DNA from: Spongiibacteraceae bacterium
GTDB taxonomy: Bacteria; Pseudomonadota; Gammaproteobacteria; Pseudomonadales; Spongiibacteraceae
Length of the DNA stretch: 47,294 nt
Direction of reading: 5' to 3'
Assembly (NCBI GenBank): GCA_041591575.1
Contig: JBFHRT010000001.1
Coordinates: forward strand, 1 to 47,294
This document shows positions 34,353-42,993 of this stretch, in pieces. A program made the translations under genes and the position numbers. The notes beneath the pieces are model-generated. The model was not told the origin of the DNA. It saw only the letters and a program-made list of their open reading frames with translations, and made no database searches. Within the stretch, counting starts at the first letter, position 1. Each line of letters begins with the position of its first letter.

Positions 34353-35756
34353 TCACGGCGCGGCGATGTAGTGGTCCAGCGTTTGGTGCAGGTGGCGGAT
34401 GCGGCTCTCCTGATAGCTTGCCAGCTGCACCGCGCCGGTCTTGGAGGCCTTGAGCCCCTTCATCATGTGCTGCAGGTTGCTGAGGTCCTGATCGAACACC
34501 CGGCCCAGGCCGCCCAGTTCCGGCGCGTCGGCAAAGCCCTGCTGCGACTCCAGCACGTGCACCGGCACCGCCGGCGGGTGATCGCCGCCTTCCGGGTAGC
34601 GTGCCAGCACGCGGATATCGAAGATACTGCTATTGGGGTCGTCGCCGTTGGGGCGCCACTGGTAGATGAGATTGTTGTTGTAGCCGGCCCAGATCTGCAC
34701 ATTGGGAAACACGCCGTAGAGGATGGCGTCGTACAGCTCGCTGAGGGTGGCCTCGTCCAGGGGCTCCCCGGAGGCGGCGGCGAATTGCTGGCGGTTGATC
34801 TCGGCCAGGAAGCGGCGCGCGCTCATACCCGGCGGCATGGTATCGGCGGCCCTGGGCGTGTCCGGCGGCGCGTACTGGTCCAGCACCGACTGGGCGATGC
34901 GCTCCTCCTCCACGTCGCCGAGGTGGGGGCTGGGAACGCCCATGGGCGTGATCATGCGGCTGACGTGTTCACCGTAGATATCATACTGGGTGTTGGCGTC
35001 GGCGGTGTAGGGCAGAATCTGCGGGTGGGTGGCCACCGAGTGGTAGGCCTCCAGAAACGCCTCGTGGCCCAGCTTCCAGTTGCAGGGCACCACCTTCTGC
35101 ACGTGCACCGCCTTGTAGGTTTTCTCGAAGGGGAAGTGAGCGTAGTGCTGGGTGAGCACGCCCAGGTAATCCTCCAGCGGCTGGCAGTTTGCGTCGAAGT
35201 TGATAAAGACAAAGCCCTTCCAGCTCGCCACCCGCACTTGCGGCAGGCCCATGCGCTCCCTGCCCTCACCACCCTCGCCGTCACCGCTTTTGCAGAGATG
35301 CTGAAAGTCCCACTCGCAGGGCATGCCCTTGAAGCTGCCATCCAGCTTCCAGGTAAAGGCGTGAAAGGGACAGCGGAATTCTTTGACGCGGCCGCCCTCG
35401 CTGCGCAGGGCGCGGCCGCGGTGCAGGCAGGAGTTGATCAGGCCGCGGATGACGCCGTCCTCGCCGCGCACCACGATCACCGAGTCGTCGACGATATCGT
35501 AGAGCACATGGTCGCCGGGATTGGCCAGCTCTTCCTCGCGACAGACGAACTGCCATACTCGCGGCCACACCTTCAGCTTTTCCTGTTCAAAAAAGGTGCG
35601 GGAGGTATAGCGGCCGATGTCCAGCGGCTCCTCCCCCAGCACCGGGTTGTGTTGCTCGCGCAAATAGGCGGGCACGGTGACGGTCTCGGCGTCCAGCAGT
35701 TCCTGCACGCTGATGGCGTCGCAGCGGGCTTTTCCCTGTTGTGCGGAATCAGTCAT
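34353..35756 (-). CDS. Rieske [2Fe-2S] non-haem-iron oxygenase, alpha subunit
   Basis: 467 aa. Rieske motif CLHRGRAL...CPFHAFTW, and an iron-ligand region NWKLGHEAFLEAYHSVATH. Confidence 0.9.
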   Translation of the reverse strand: MTDSAQQGKARCDAISVQELLDAETVTVPAYLREQHNPVLGEEPLDIGRYTSRTFFEQEKLKVWPRVWQFVCREEELANPGDHVLYDIVDDSVIVVRGEDGVIRGLINSCLHRGRALRSEGGRVKEFRCPFHAFTWKLDGSFKGMPCEWDFQHLCKSGDGEGGEGRERMGLPQVRVASWKGFVFINFDANCQPLEDYLGVLTQHYAHFPFEKTYKAVHVQKVVPCNWKLGHEAFLEAYHSVATHPQILPYTADANTQYDIYGEHVSRMITPMGVPSPHLGDVEEERIAQSVLDQYAPPDTPRAADTMPPGMSARRFLAEINRQQFAAASGEPLDEATLSELYDAILYGVFPNVQIWAGYNNNLIYQWRPNGDDPNSSIFDIRVLARYPEGGDHPPAVPVHVLESQQGFADAPELGGLGRVFDQDLSNLQHMMKGLKASKTGAVQLASYQESRIRHLHQTLDHYIAAP

Positions 35757-35777
35757 GATTTCTTGCTCCTTTCTACA

Positions 35778-35908
35778 CCGTCATTGCGTGGCGCGCTTTG
35801 CTTCGGCCTTTAGCCGCGAGCGATGCGCGGCGGGACGCGGCAATTTCCCTGTAGTCGCTGCCACACTGACGGAGATTGCTTCGTCGCCTGTGGCTCCTCG
35901 CAATGACG
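35778..35908 (-). repeat. REP/MITE-like element, copy J (expanded left arm, 131 bp)
   Basis: CCGTCATTGCGTGGCGC...(about 30-nt insertion)...GACGCGGCAATTTCC..GTCGCTGCCAC..GGAGATTGCTTCGTCGC..GGCTCCTCGCAATGACG. Confidence 0.8.
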
Positions 35909-35931
35909 CGCTTCTTGAATGACAACGATCG

Positions 35932-37083
35932 TCAGCGCTGAAAAATATTCACACCGCTGACACCCGGCGCGCCGTACACGTGGGTGTAGCCCGTCTTGGG
36001 TTCCCCCGACACCTGACGACGGCCGGCGTCGCCGCGCAGCTGCAGGCAGATCTCGTACACCTGGCGCAGGCCGGAGGCGCCGATGGGTTCGCCGTTGGCC
36101 AGGCAACCGCCGTCGGTGTTGATGGGCAGGCGGCCGTCAATGCGGGTGGCGCCTTCGCGGATCAAGCTCTCCTGCTCGCCGTGTTCGCAGAAACCGTTCT
36201 CCGCCATGTGCATGATCTCGGCGCCACTCTCGGTGTCCTGCAGCTGCAGCACGTCCATGTCCTCGGGGCCCAGGCAGGCCTTTTCATAGGCGGCCCTGGC
36301 GGCGGTGACGGTGGGTGCCTCGCCGTCCTCGGCGGCCAATCCCGGGCTGAATACCTCGAAGCTGCCGTAGTGGCGGCTGCGCACCACCGCCGCCTTGATC
36401 CACACCGGTTTGCTCACCCCCAGCTCGCGCGCCTTTTTGGCCGAACACAGCACCAGCGCGGCGCCGCCCTCGGAGGGCGAGCAGAACATGTATTTGCGGA
36501 GTGGGTGGCTGACCATGGCCGACTGGGCGATGTCCGCGGCGCTCAGCGCCTGCTGGCGCCAGGCCTGGGGATTGAGGGAGCCGTGGTAGAAGGCCTTCTC
36601 CGCCACCCGTGCCAGGCAGTCCTCGCTGATGCCGTGCAGCGCCATGTAGCGCTGGATCTTCATGGCGAAGAACTGGGTGGTGAGCATCATGCCCGCCTCA
36701 CCGTACCAGTCCTCCAGCCCCCAGTCGCCGGGCTTGGCGTTAAAGGCACCGGAGGGATGCTTGTCGAAGCCCACCGCCACTGCGATATCCGCCTCGCCGG
36801 AGCGGATGGCGTTATAGGCGCAGTTCAGTGCGCTGCCGCCGGTGGCGCAGCCGTTCCACACATTGATAAAGGGCACGCTGGTCAGGCCCATCTCGCTGAT
36901 CACCGCGTCGGCATTGCCCGAGTCGGGGCTGGCGCCGCCGTAGGCCATGTGCACGTCGCGCCAGGCGATTCCGGCGTCTTTTAGCGCCCCACGCAGGGCG
37001 ACCGCGCCCTGCTCGGCGGCGCCCATGCCCTCGCTGCGACCAAAGCGGTGCAAGCCGATGCCGGCAATGGCGACTTCAGTCAT
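35932..37083 (-). CDS. Thiolase-fold protein of the SCP-x / lipid-transfer (DUF35-partnered) type
   Basis: 383 aa. The opening is VAIAGIG..RFGR and a catalytic-Cys context appears as NVWNGCATGGSAL. It overlaps the upstream DUF35 gene by 8 nt, the usual arrangement for these heteromeric enzymes. Confidence 0.85.
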   Translation of the reverse strand: MTEVAIAGIGLHRFGRSEGMGAAEQGAVALRGALKDAGIAWRDVHMAYGGASPDSGNADAVISEMGLTSVPFINVWNGCATGGSALNCAYNAIRSGEADIAVAVGFDKHPSGAFNAKPGDWGLEDWYGEAGMMLTTQFFAMKIQRYMALHGISEDCLARVAEKAFYHGSLNPQAWRQQALSAADIAQSAMVSHPLRKYMFCSPSEGGAALVLCSAKKARELGVSKPVWIKAAVVRSRHYGSFEVFSPGLAAEDGEAPTVTAARAAYEKACLGPEDMDVLQLQDTESGAEIMHMAENGFCEHGEQESLIREGATRIDGRLPINTDGGCLANGEPIGASGLRQVYEICLQLRGDAGRRQVSGEPKTGYTHVYGAPGVSGVNIFQR

Positions 37084-37537
37084 GACTCACCTCCTGCGCA
37101 CGGCGAAAGGCATAGACCTGCCGCGCCTCACCACTGTTGTCAGTCAGGGTTTCCAGCAGCAGTTCCATCGGCATGCCGATCTGCAACTGCTCGGGCATGT
37201 GTTCAATCAGCCGCGACTCCACTTTTACGCCGCAGTCCAGTTCCACATAGCCCACACCGAAGGGCGCGAACTCAGTGGTGTTGCCGCGGTAGGGCGGCGG
37301 CGGCGGAAAGCCCTGGATGGTCCAGCTCCACAGTCGGCCGCGCCGTCCCAGGGAGATGCTCTCGATGTCGCGACTCTGGCAGCGGGCGCAGTAGGGCCGG
37401 GGCGGAAACTGGCGCTCACCGCAGTCATTGCAGCGGCTGCCCACCAGTTCCGGCCGCGCTCTACTGCCGGCGATCAGTTCGGGGCCTATCAGTTCCGCGT
37501 CGAATAGGGAGGTATCGTTCATGGCGGTATCATTCAT
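37076..37537 (-). CDS. DUF35 OB-fold / Zn-ribbon protein (thiolase partner)
   Basis: About 150 aa. Rubredoxin-like zinc ribbon RCNDCGERQFPPRPYCARCQS followed by an OB-fold region. Several in-frame ATGs lie near the N-terminus. Confidence 0.85.
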   Translation of the reverse strand: MNDTAMNDTSLFDAELIGPELIAGSRARPELVGSRCNDCGERQFPPRPYCARCQSRDIESISLGRRGRLWSWTIQGFPPPPPYRGNTTEFAPFGVGYVELDCGVKVESRLIEHMPEQLQIGMPMELLLETLTDNSGEARQVYAFRRAQEVSHD

Positions 37538-37549
37538 GGTCTGCTCTCG

Positions 37550-38932
37550 CTAGTGATGCAGTGCCCGGCCGTCGGCGTCGAGTACCGCTTCGTGCATGGC
37601 TTCCGACAGGGTGGGATGGGGAAACACCGCGTGCATCAACTCGCGCTCGGTGGCCTCCAGGCCGATGGCCAGGGCAAAGCCCTGGATCATCTCGGTGACC
37701 TCGGCGCCGACCATATGCGCACCCAACAATTCGCCGGTGGCGGCGTCGAACACGGTTTTCACCAGACCCGCGGACTCGCCCTGGACCAGCGCCTTGCCAT
37801 TGGTCTGAAACTCGAAGCGACCCACCTTGACTTTGCGCCCCGCCGCCTTGGCGGCGTCTTCGCTGAGGCCGACACTGGCCACCTGCGGGCGGCTGTAGGT
37901 GCAGCCGGGAATGGTTGCGGCTTTAAGCGGAGCCGAGCCTTCCACCCCGGCGATGCGCTCGACGCAGATCACCGCCTCGTGGCTGGCCTTGTGCGCCAGA
38001 CAGGGGGCACCGGCAACATCGCCGATGGCATACAGGCCAACCACATTGGTCCGCGAGAATGCATCGGTAGCGACAAAGCCCCGCTCGGTGTTCACGCCCA
38101 GCGACTCCAGCCCGAGATGCTCGATATTGCCGGTGACACCGCCGGCGACGATGACCCGGTCGAAGCGCTGCGACTGGCCGGCGAAGCTGACCTCGACTTC
38201 CTCTTCGCCTGCCGCCACGTCTTTCAGCTGGGTCGCCGTGTGCACTCGGATGCCCCGGCGACTGAAGGCTTTTTCCACCCGCGCCGAGATCTCGGCGTCC
38301 TCATTGGGCAGGATGCGGTCCAGCACCTCCACCACCGTGACCTCGCTACCGAGGTCGGCGTAGAGGCTGGCGAACTCGATACCGATGGCGCCGGAGCCCA
38401 CCACCAGCAGGCGCCGGGGCAGGCATTGCGGCGTCATCGCCTCGCGGGCGCCGATGATCAGGCGGCCATCCTGGGGCAACAGTGGTAGCGCCTTGGCACG
38501 GGCGCCGGTGGCGAGAATGATATGGTCTGCGCGGTAGTCCTCATCGCGCCCAGCAGCGGTCACTTTCAGTTGGCACTTGCCAGTGAGCCGGGCTTCGCCG
38601 CGAATCACCGCAATATTATGTTTCTGCATCAGGTAGGCGATGCCCTTCGACAGCTTGTCGGAGGTGTCGCGGCTGTGCTGGACCAGTGTCGCCAGATCGA
38701 ACTGCAGATCGCCGGCGCTGAAACCAAAGGCTTCCAGGTTGCGCAGCTGGTGCGCCAAGTCCGCACCCTTGAGCAGCGCCTTGGTGGGAATGCAGCCCCA
38801 GTTGAGGCAGGTACCGCCGAGGGCGTCTTTTTCCACCAGCGCGGTGGCAAAGCCCAGCTGGGCGGCGCGGATGGCGGCCACGTAGCCGCCGGGGCCACCG
38901 CCGATCACCATCAAGTCGTAGTGTTTGCTCAC
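37550..38932 (-). CDS. lpdA: Dihydrolipoyl dehydrogenase (E3)
   Basis: 460 aa. VIGGGPGGYVAAIRAAQLG, the redox-active disulfide GGTCLNWGCIPTK, and the C-terminal HAHPTLSE-like motif FPHPTLSEA. Confidence 0.95.
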   Translation of the reverse strand: MSKHYDLMVIGGGPGGYVAAIRAAQLGFATALVEKDALGGTCLNWGCIPTKALLKGADLAHQLRNLEAFGFSAGDLQFDLATLVQHSRDTSDKLSKGIAYLMQKHNIAVIRGEARLTGKCQLKVTAAGRDEDYRADHIILATGARAKALPLLPQDGRLIIGAREAMTPQCLPRRLLVVGSGAIGIEFASLYADLGSEVTVVEVLDRILPNEDAEISARVEKAFSRRGIRVHTATQLKDVAAGEEEVEVSFAGQSQRFDRVIVAGGVTGNIEHLGLESLGVNTERGFVATDAFSRTNVVGLYAIGDVAGAPCLAHKASHEAVICVERIAGVEGSAPLKAATIPGCTYSRPQVASVGLSEDAAKAAGRKVKVGRFEFQTNGKALVQGESAGLVKTVFDAATGELLGAHMVGAEVTEMIQGFALAIGLEATERELMHAVFPHPTLSEAMHEAVLDADGRALHH

Positions 38933-38965
38933 AGTGCTCGCTCGTTGTGTGTTCAGTTAAATTCC

Positions 38966-39066
38966 CCGTCATTGCGAGGAGCCGCAGGCGACGCGGCAGT
39001 CTCCGTCAGCGTGGCAGCGGGCCCAGGGAGATCGCCGCGGCGCAAACGGCGCGCTTCGCGACGACG
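38966..39066 (+). repeat. REP/MITE-like element, copy K
   Basis: CCGTCATTGCGAGGAGC..GCGACGCGGCAGTCTCC-gtcagcGTGGCAGCGGGcccag-GGAGATCGCCGCGGCGC..GCGCTTCGCGACGACG. Lies between the E2 and E3 genes. Confidence 0.8.
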
Positions 39067-39091
39067 ACGATTGGGTTGCGCGCCGCCGTGA

Positions 39092-40621
39092 TCAGGCCAG
39101 CAGCGTCGCTGGCCGCTCGATAAAGCCCTTTAGCGCCTGTAAAAACTGCGCCGCGGTGGCGCCGTCGATGACCCGGTGGTCGCTGGACAGATTCAGCGTC
39201 ATCGCCAGCCCCACTTCCAGTTCGCCACTGGCGCCCACCACCGGCCGGCGCTCGGCACCGCCCACGGCAAGGATGGCGGCCTGGGGCGGGTTGATGATGG
39301 CGTCGAAGTGCTTGACGCCGTACATGCCCAGATTCGAGATACAGAAGCTGCCGCCCTGGAATTCGCTCGCCTGCAGCCGGCCCAGCTTGGCGCGAGTGGC
39401 GAGGTCGCGCACCTCGTTGGAGATCTGCACCACACCCTTGCTGTTAGCCGAGCGCACGACCGGCGTGATCAGACCATCTTCCAGCGCCACCGCCACCGCG
39501 ATATCGGCATCGGCAAAGCGCGTGATGGCCTCGCCGTCAAACTGGATGTTCAGCGCCGGCACTGCCTGCAGCACCGCGGCACTGGCCTTGATCAGCAGGT
39601 CGTTGACCGAAATCCTGGCATCGCTGCGCGCGGCATTGAGCTGTTCGCGCGCAGCCTGCAGCGCCTCCAGCCGCACGTCCACCGCCACCCGAAAATGGGG
39701 CGCGAGCTGCTTGGACTGCTGCAGGCGCGCGGCGATGGTTTTGCGCATGCCGTTCAGCGGTTGCGTCTGTACTGGCGTGTTAGCTTGCTGCGAAGCCGGC
39801 TCGACGGCCGCCTGCACCGAGGCATTTGCAGGTTTGTCCGCGTCATTGCGCAGCGCGGCCGCGGCTTCGACATCGGCCTTGGCGACGCGACCGTTGCGAC
39901 CGCTGGCGCGACAGTCGTTGAGATTGATGCCCAGCTCGGCGGCCAGGCGCCGCGCCACCGGGGTGGCCTTGATATGGCTGTCATCGGCGCCGCTGGGGCG
40001 CGGCGCTTGCCGCGCGTGCTGCGGCAGCGCCAGCTCTCCACCGGCGGCGGCCACCGCCTGCTTGAGGTCGGCGAGGGTGACGCGGCCACCGCGACCGCTT
40101 GCGGCGGCGTGGTTAAGCACCGCGTTGAGGTTGATGCCCTCGCGCGCCGCCAGCCGCCGCGCCACCGGGGTGGCTGGCACGGCGCTGTCGTCGCCACCCT
40201 CGCCAAGGCCGTTGACGGCTACCCCCCTGGGCGCGGCATCGCCATTGCTGTGACTGCCGCCGGCCGACAGTTCGTCCACCGCCGCGCCATTAGGCTCGTC
40301 TGCGGCCTGTTCGCCGGCGTCGCAACCAAAGGCCGCAATGAAGGCGTCGATATCGGCCTCGGCGGTGTCCGCCTCGGCCACCACCCCCAGCAGCGCTCCC
40401 ACCGCCAGGGTCTCGCCGGGCTGTGCGAGGATGCGGCGCAGGGTGCCGGCGCGGTCGGCGGTGAGGGTGTTGACGATTTTGCTGGTCTCGATGTCCACCA
40501 GCTCGGCGCCGGGCGCGATGGCCTCGCCCTCGGCCAGGTGCCAGCTATTGATGACGCCCTCACTCATTTCCATGCCCCACTTGGGCATGGCGATGGGGTA
40601 AATGCTTGCGGCCATGATCAA
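39092..40621 (-). CDS. Dihydrolipoamide acyltransferase (E2) with one lipoyl domain and two peripheral-subunit-binding domains
   Basis: 509 aa. Lipoyl-Lys context VDIETSKIV. Two PSBD copies: ATPVARRLAAREGINLN (about 40052-40177) and ATPVARRLAAELGINLN (about 39860-39970). Catalytic motif DHRVIDGA. Confidence 0.92.
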   Translation of the reverse strand: MIMAASIYPIAMPKWGMEMSEGVINSWHLAEGEAIAPGAELVDIETSKIVNTLTADRAGTLRRILAQPGETLAVGALLGVVAEADTAEADIDAFIAAFGCDAGEQAADEPNGAAVDELSAGGSHSNGDAAPRGVAVNGLGEGGDDSAVPATPVARRLAAREGINLNAVLNHAAASGRGGRVTLADLKQAVAAAGGELALPQHARQAPRPSGADDSHIKATPVARRLAAELGINLNDCRASGRNGRVAKADVEAAAALRNDADKPANASVQAAVEPASQQANTPVQTQPLNGMRKTIAARLQQSKQLAPHFRVAVDVRLEALQAAREQLNAARSDARISVNDLLIKASAAVLQAVPALNIQFDGEAITRFADADIAVAVALEDGLITPVVRSANSKGVVQISNEVRDLATRAKLGRLQASEFQGGSFCISNLGMYGVKHFDAIINPPQAAILAVGGAERRPVVGASGELEVGLAMTLNLSSDHRVIDGATAAQFLQALKGFIERPATLLA

Positions 40622-41625
40622 CCCTCCAGCGCGGCTCTGACGCCTGCTTCGATGCGCTCCACCGACGGCACGTACAGGTCTTCCAGCAACGGCGCGAAGG
40701 GCACCGGCGTGTGCGGCGCAGTGACCTTGACCACCGGTGCGCGCAGCGAGTGGAAACCCTTGGCGGCGACCATGCTGGCGATGTCAGCGGCGAGGCTGCA
40801 GCGCTCGTTGGCCTCGTCGACAATCACCAGGCGACCGGTGATCTCCACGCTCTCCAGAATCGCCTCCTCGTCCAGCGGTGAGACGCTGCGCGGATCGATG
40901 ACATCGCAGCCGATGCCCTCCTCCGCCAGCTTGTCGGCCACCGCGTTGGCCCGCGGCACCATGGACGACAGCGCGACGATGGTGACGTCGCCGCCGTGGC
41001 GGGTGAAGGCGGCCTCGCCAAAGGGAATGCAGTAGTCCTCGTCCGGCACCTCACAGGCGGCGTCGTAGAGGGTCTTGTGCTCCAGGAAGATGACCGGGTC
41101 ATTGTCGCGAATGGCGGTGGCGAGCAAGCCCTTGGCGTCATAGGCGTTGGAGGGCATCACCACCTTTAGCCCCGGCACCATGGTGACCATGGGGTGCAGC
41201 ATCTGCGAGTGCTGGGCGCCGCCGCGGAAACCGGCACCGACCATGGCGCGGATCACCAGCGGGGTTTCCGACTTGCCGCCAAACATATAACGAAACTTGG
41301 CGGCCTGGTTGTAGATCTGGTCGAAGCAGACGCCGATGAAGTCGAAGAACATCAGGTCCACCACCGGGCGCAGGCCGGTGCAGGCGGCACCGGCGGCGGC
41401 GCCGACAAAAGACGACTCGCTGATGGGTGTGTCGATCACCCGCTCGCGGCCAAATTCGCTCACCAGCCCCTTGGTAACCCCGAACACGCCGCCATAGGCA
41501 TCGTCGCTGCCGTCGCAGCCGGCACCACCGGCCACGTCCTCACCGATAACAATGACACGAGAATCGCGCCGCATCTCCTGGCGCAGGGTGTCGTTGATCG
41601 CTTCGCGAATAGTTTTCGTCGCCAT
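40618..41625 (-). CDS. 2-oxoacid/acetoin dehydrogenase E1 component, beta subunit
   Basis: 335 aa. Transketolase-like Pyr and C-terminal domains (VIVIGEDVA..GG.F..T.GL...FG..RV.DTPI.E). Overlaps the E2 start by 4 nt. Confidence 0.93.
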   Translation of the reverse strand: MATKTIREAINDTLRQEMRRDSRVIVIGEDVAGGAGCDGSDDAYGGVFGVTKGLVSEFGRERVIDTPISESSFVGAAAGAACTGLRPVVDLMFFDFIGVCFDQIYNQAAKFRYMFGGKSETPLVIRAMVGAGFRGGAQHSQMLHPMVTMVPGLKVVMPSNAYDAKGLLATAIRDNDPVIFLEHKTLYDAACEVPDEDYCIPFGEAAFTRHGGDVTIVALSSMVPRANAVADKLAEEGIGCDVIDPRSVSPLDEEAILESVEITGRLVIVDEANERCSLAADIASMVAAKGFHSLRAPVVKVTAPHTPVPFAPLLEDLYVPSVERIEAGVRAALEG

Positions 41626-41634
41626 GGGGATTCC

Positions 41635-42618
41635 TCAGTATTGCGCGTACACGTCCAGGGTGAGCTGATCGGCGCTGGGGCCGGGGGCACCCAGCGCCTC
41701 TTCCACCGCCTCGTCGATGAGCAGCGAGACCTCGCGGTCGACCGCTTCCAGCTGCGCGGCCTTGAGCCAGCCCTCGGCCTGCACACGCTCGCTGAAAATC
41801 TTCAGGCAGTCGCGCTCGGCGCGCAGCCGCGCCAGCTCACCATCGCCGCGGTAGAGCTGCGGATCGCCAACGAAGTGGCCGTTGAAGCGCACCACCTGCG
41901 CCTCGATGGCATAGGGCCCCCTGCCGCTCTTGCAGTGCTCCACCGCCTGTTGCGCGGCCTCGTACACCGCGAAAAAATCGGAGCCGTCCACCTTCACCGC
42001 CGGCATGCCGAAGGCCTCGGCGCGCTTGGCGATGTCGCCGCTACCGACGGCATAGGCGGCGCCAGTGCCCTCGGCGTAGCCGTTGTTCTCGAACACAAAG
42101 ATCGCCGGCACCTGCAGCACCACCGCCAGGTTCATGGACTCGAACACCGTGCCCTGGTTGGAGCCGCCATCGCCGGTGAAGGCCAGCCCGACGCTGGGCT
42201 TGCCCAGGGTCTTGGCCGACAGCGCCGCACCCACGCACAGCGGCGGCGCACCGCCGACGATGGCATTGGCGCCGAGCATACCTTTGTCGATGTCGGCGAT
42301 GTGCATGGAGCCGCCCTTGCCTTTGCACAGCCCCGTCGCCCTGGCCATGATCTCCTTCATCATGCCCTTCACGTCACAGCCCTTGGCAATGCAGTGACCG
42401 TGGCCGCGATGGGTGCTGCCGATGTAGTCGTCGTCGCTCAGGTGCATGCATACGCCGGTGGCGACCGCCTCCTGGCCGTCGTAGACATGAACAAATCCGG
42501 GGATATTGCCGGCCTGAAATTCCGCGATGACCCGCTCTTCAAAGGCGCGGATGGTTTTCATCGTGCGGTAGGCACTGAGCAGTGTGTCTTCGGGTAGGGC
42601 CATGTTGTCTCCCGCCAA
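41635..42618 (-). CDS. Thiamine-diphosphate-dependent dehydrogenase E1 component, alpha subunit (AcoA/PdhA-like)
   Basis: 327 aa. TPP-binding region GDGGSNQG...N.A......PAIFVFENNGYA, and the N-terminal M..IR.FEE pattern. Confidence 0.93.
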   Translation of the reverse strand: MAGDNMALPEDTLLSAYRTMKTIRAFEERVIAEFQAGNIPGFVHVYDGQEAVATGVCMHLSDDDYIGSTHRGHGHCIAKGCDVKGMMKEIMARATGLCKGKGGSMHIADIDKGMLGANAIVGGAPPLCVGAALSAKTLGKPSVGLAFTGDGGSNQGTVFESMNLAVVLQVPAIFVFENNGYAEGTGAAYAVGSGDIAKRAEAFGMPAVKVDGSDFFAVYEAAQQAVEHCKSGRGPYAIEAQVVRFNGHFVGDPQLYRGDGELARLRAERDCLKIFSERVQAEGWLKAAQLEAVDREVSLLIDEAVEEALGAPGPSADQLTLDVYAQY

Positions 42619-42670
42619 GCTGTTGTCGTTATTTCACCTGCAGTCTTCGACTATAGTGGAAGCGATTTTA

Positions 42671-42692
42671 TAAAACAAGCACGATTGTTTTT
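42671..42692. promoter_or_regulatory. AT-rich inverted-repeat operator candidate, site e
   Basis: TAAAACA-agcacgat-TGTTTTT, 53 nt upstream of the E1-alpha start (42618, minus strand). Confidence 0.6.
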
Positions 42693-42713
42693 AATAAATG
42701 GACGGATTTATCT

Positions 42714-42815
42714 CCAGTCATTGCGAGCCTCCGATGGCGGCGCGGCAATCGCCAGCAGGCAAGGTGCCAGTCCAAGGAGATCGCCACGGCGTGACATGCG
42801 CGCCTCGCGATGACG
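42714..42815 (+). repeat. REP/MITE-like element, copy L1
   Basis: CCAGTCATTGCGAGCC..GGCGCGGCAATCGCC..AAGGTGCCAGTCC..GGAGATCGCCACGGCG..GCGCCTCGCGATGACG. Confidence 0.75.
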
Positions 42816-42827
42816 TCGGAATAAACC

Positions 42828-42978
42828 CGCGTCATTGCGAGGAGCCGCAGTCGACGCGGCAACCCCATTCCGCGTGGCAGTGGCCTGATGGCGATCACCG
42901 CGTCGTGCGGGGCGCCTACAGAAATTTTCTTCTGCAATTTCTGCACTTCCGCCATCCCTGGCGGTCGTCGCGATGACG
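42828..42978 (+). repeat. REP/MITE-like element, copy L2 (about 45-nt AT-richer insertion in the right arm)
   Basis: CGCGTCATTGCGAGGAGC..TCGACGCGGCAACCCC..GCGTGGCAGTGGCC..GGCGATCACCGCGTCG..[ctacagaaattttcttctgcaatttctgcacttcc]..GGTCGTCGCGATGACG. Confidence 0.75.
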
Positions 42979-42993
42979 AGGCGCTGTTCAGCC

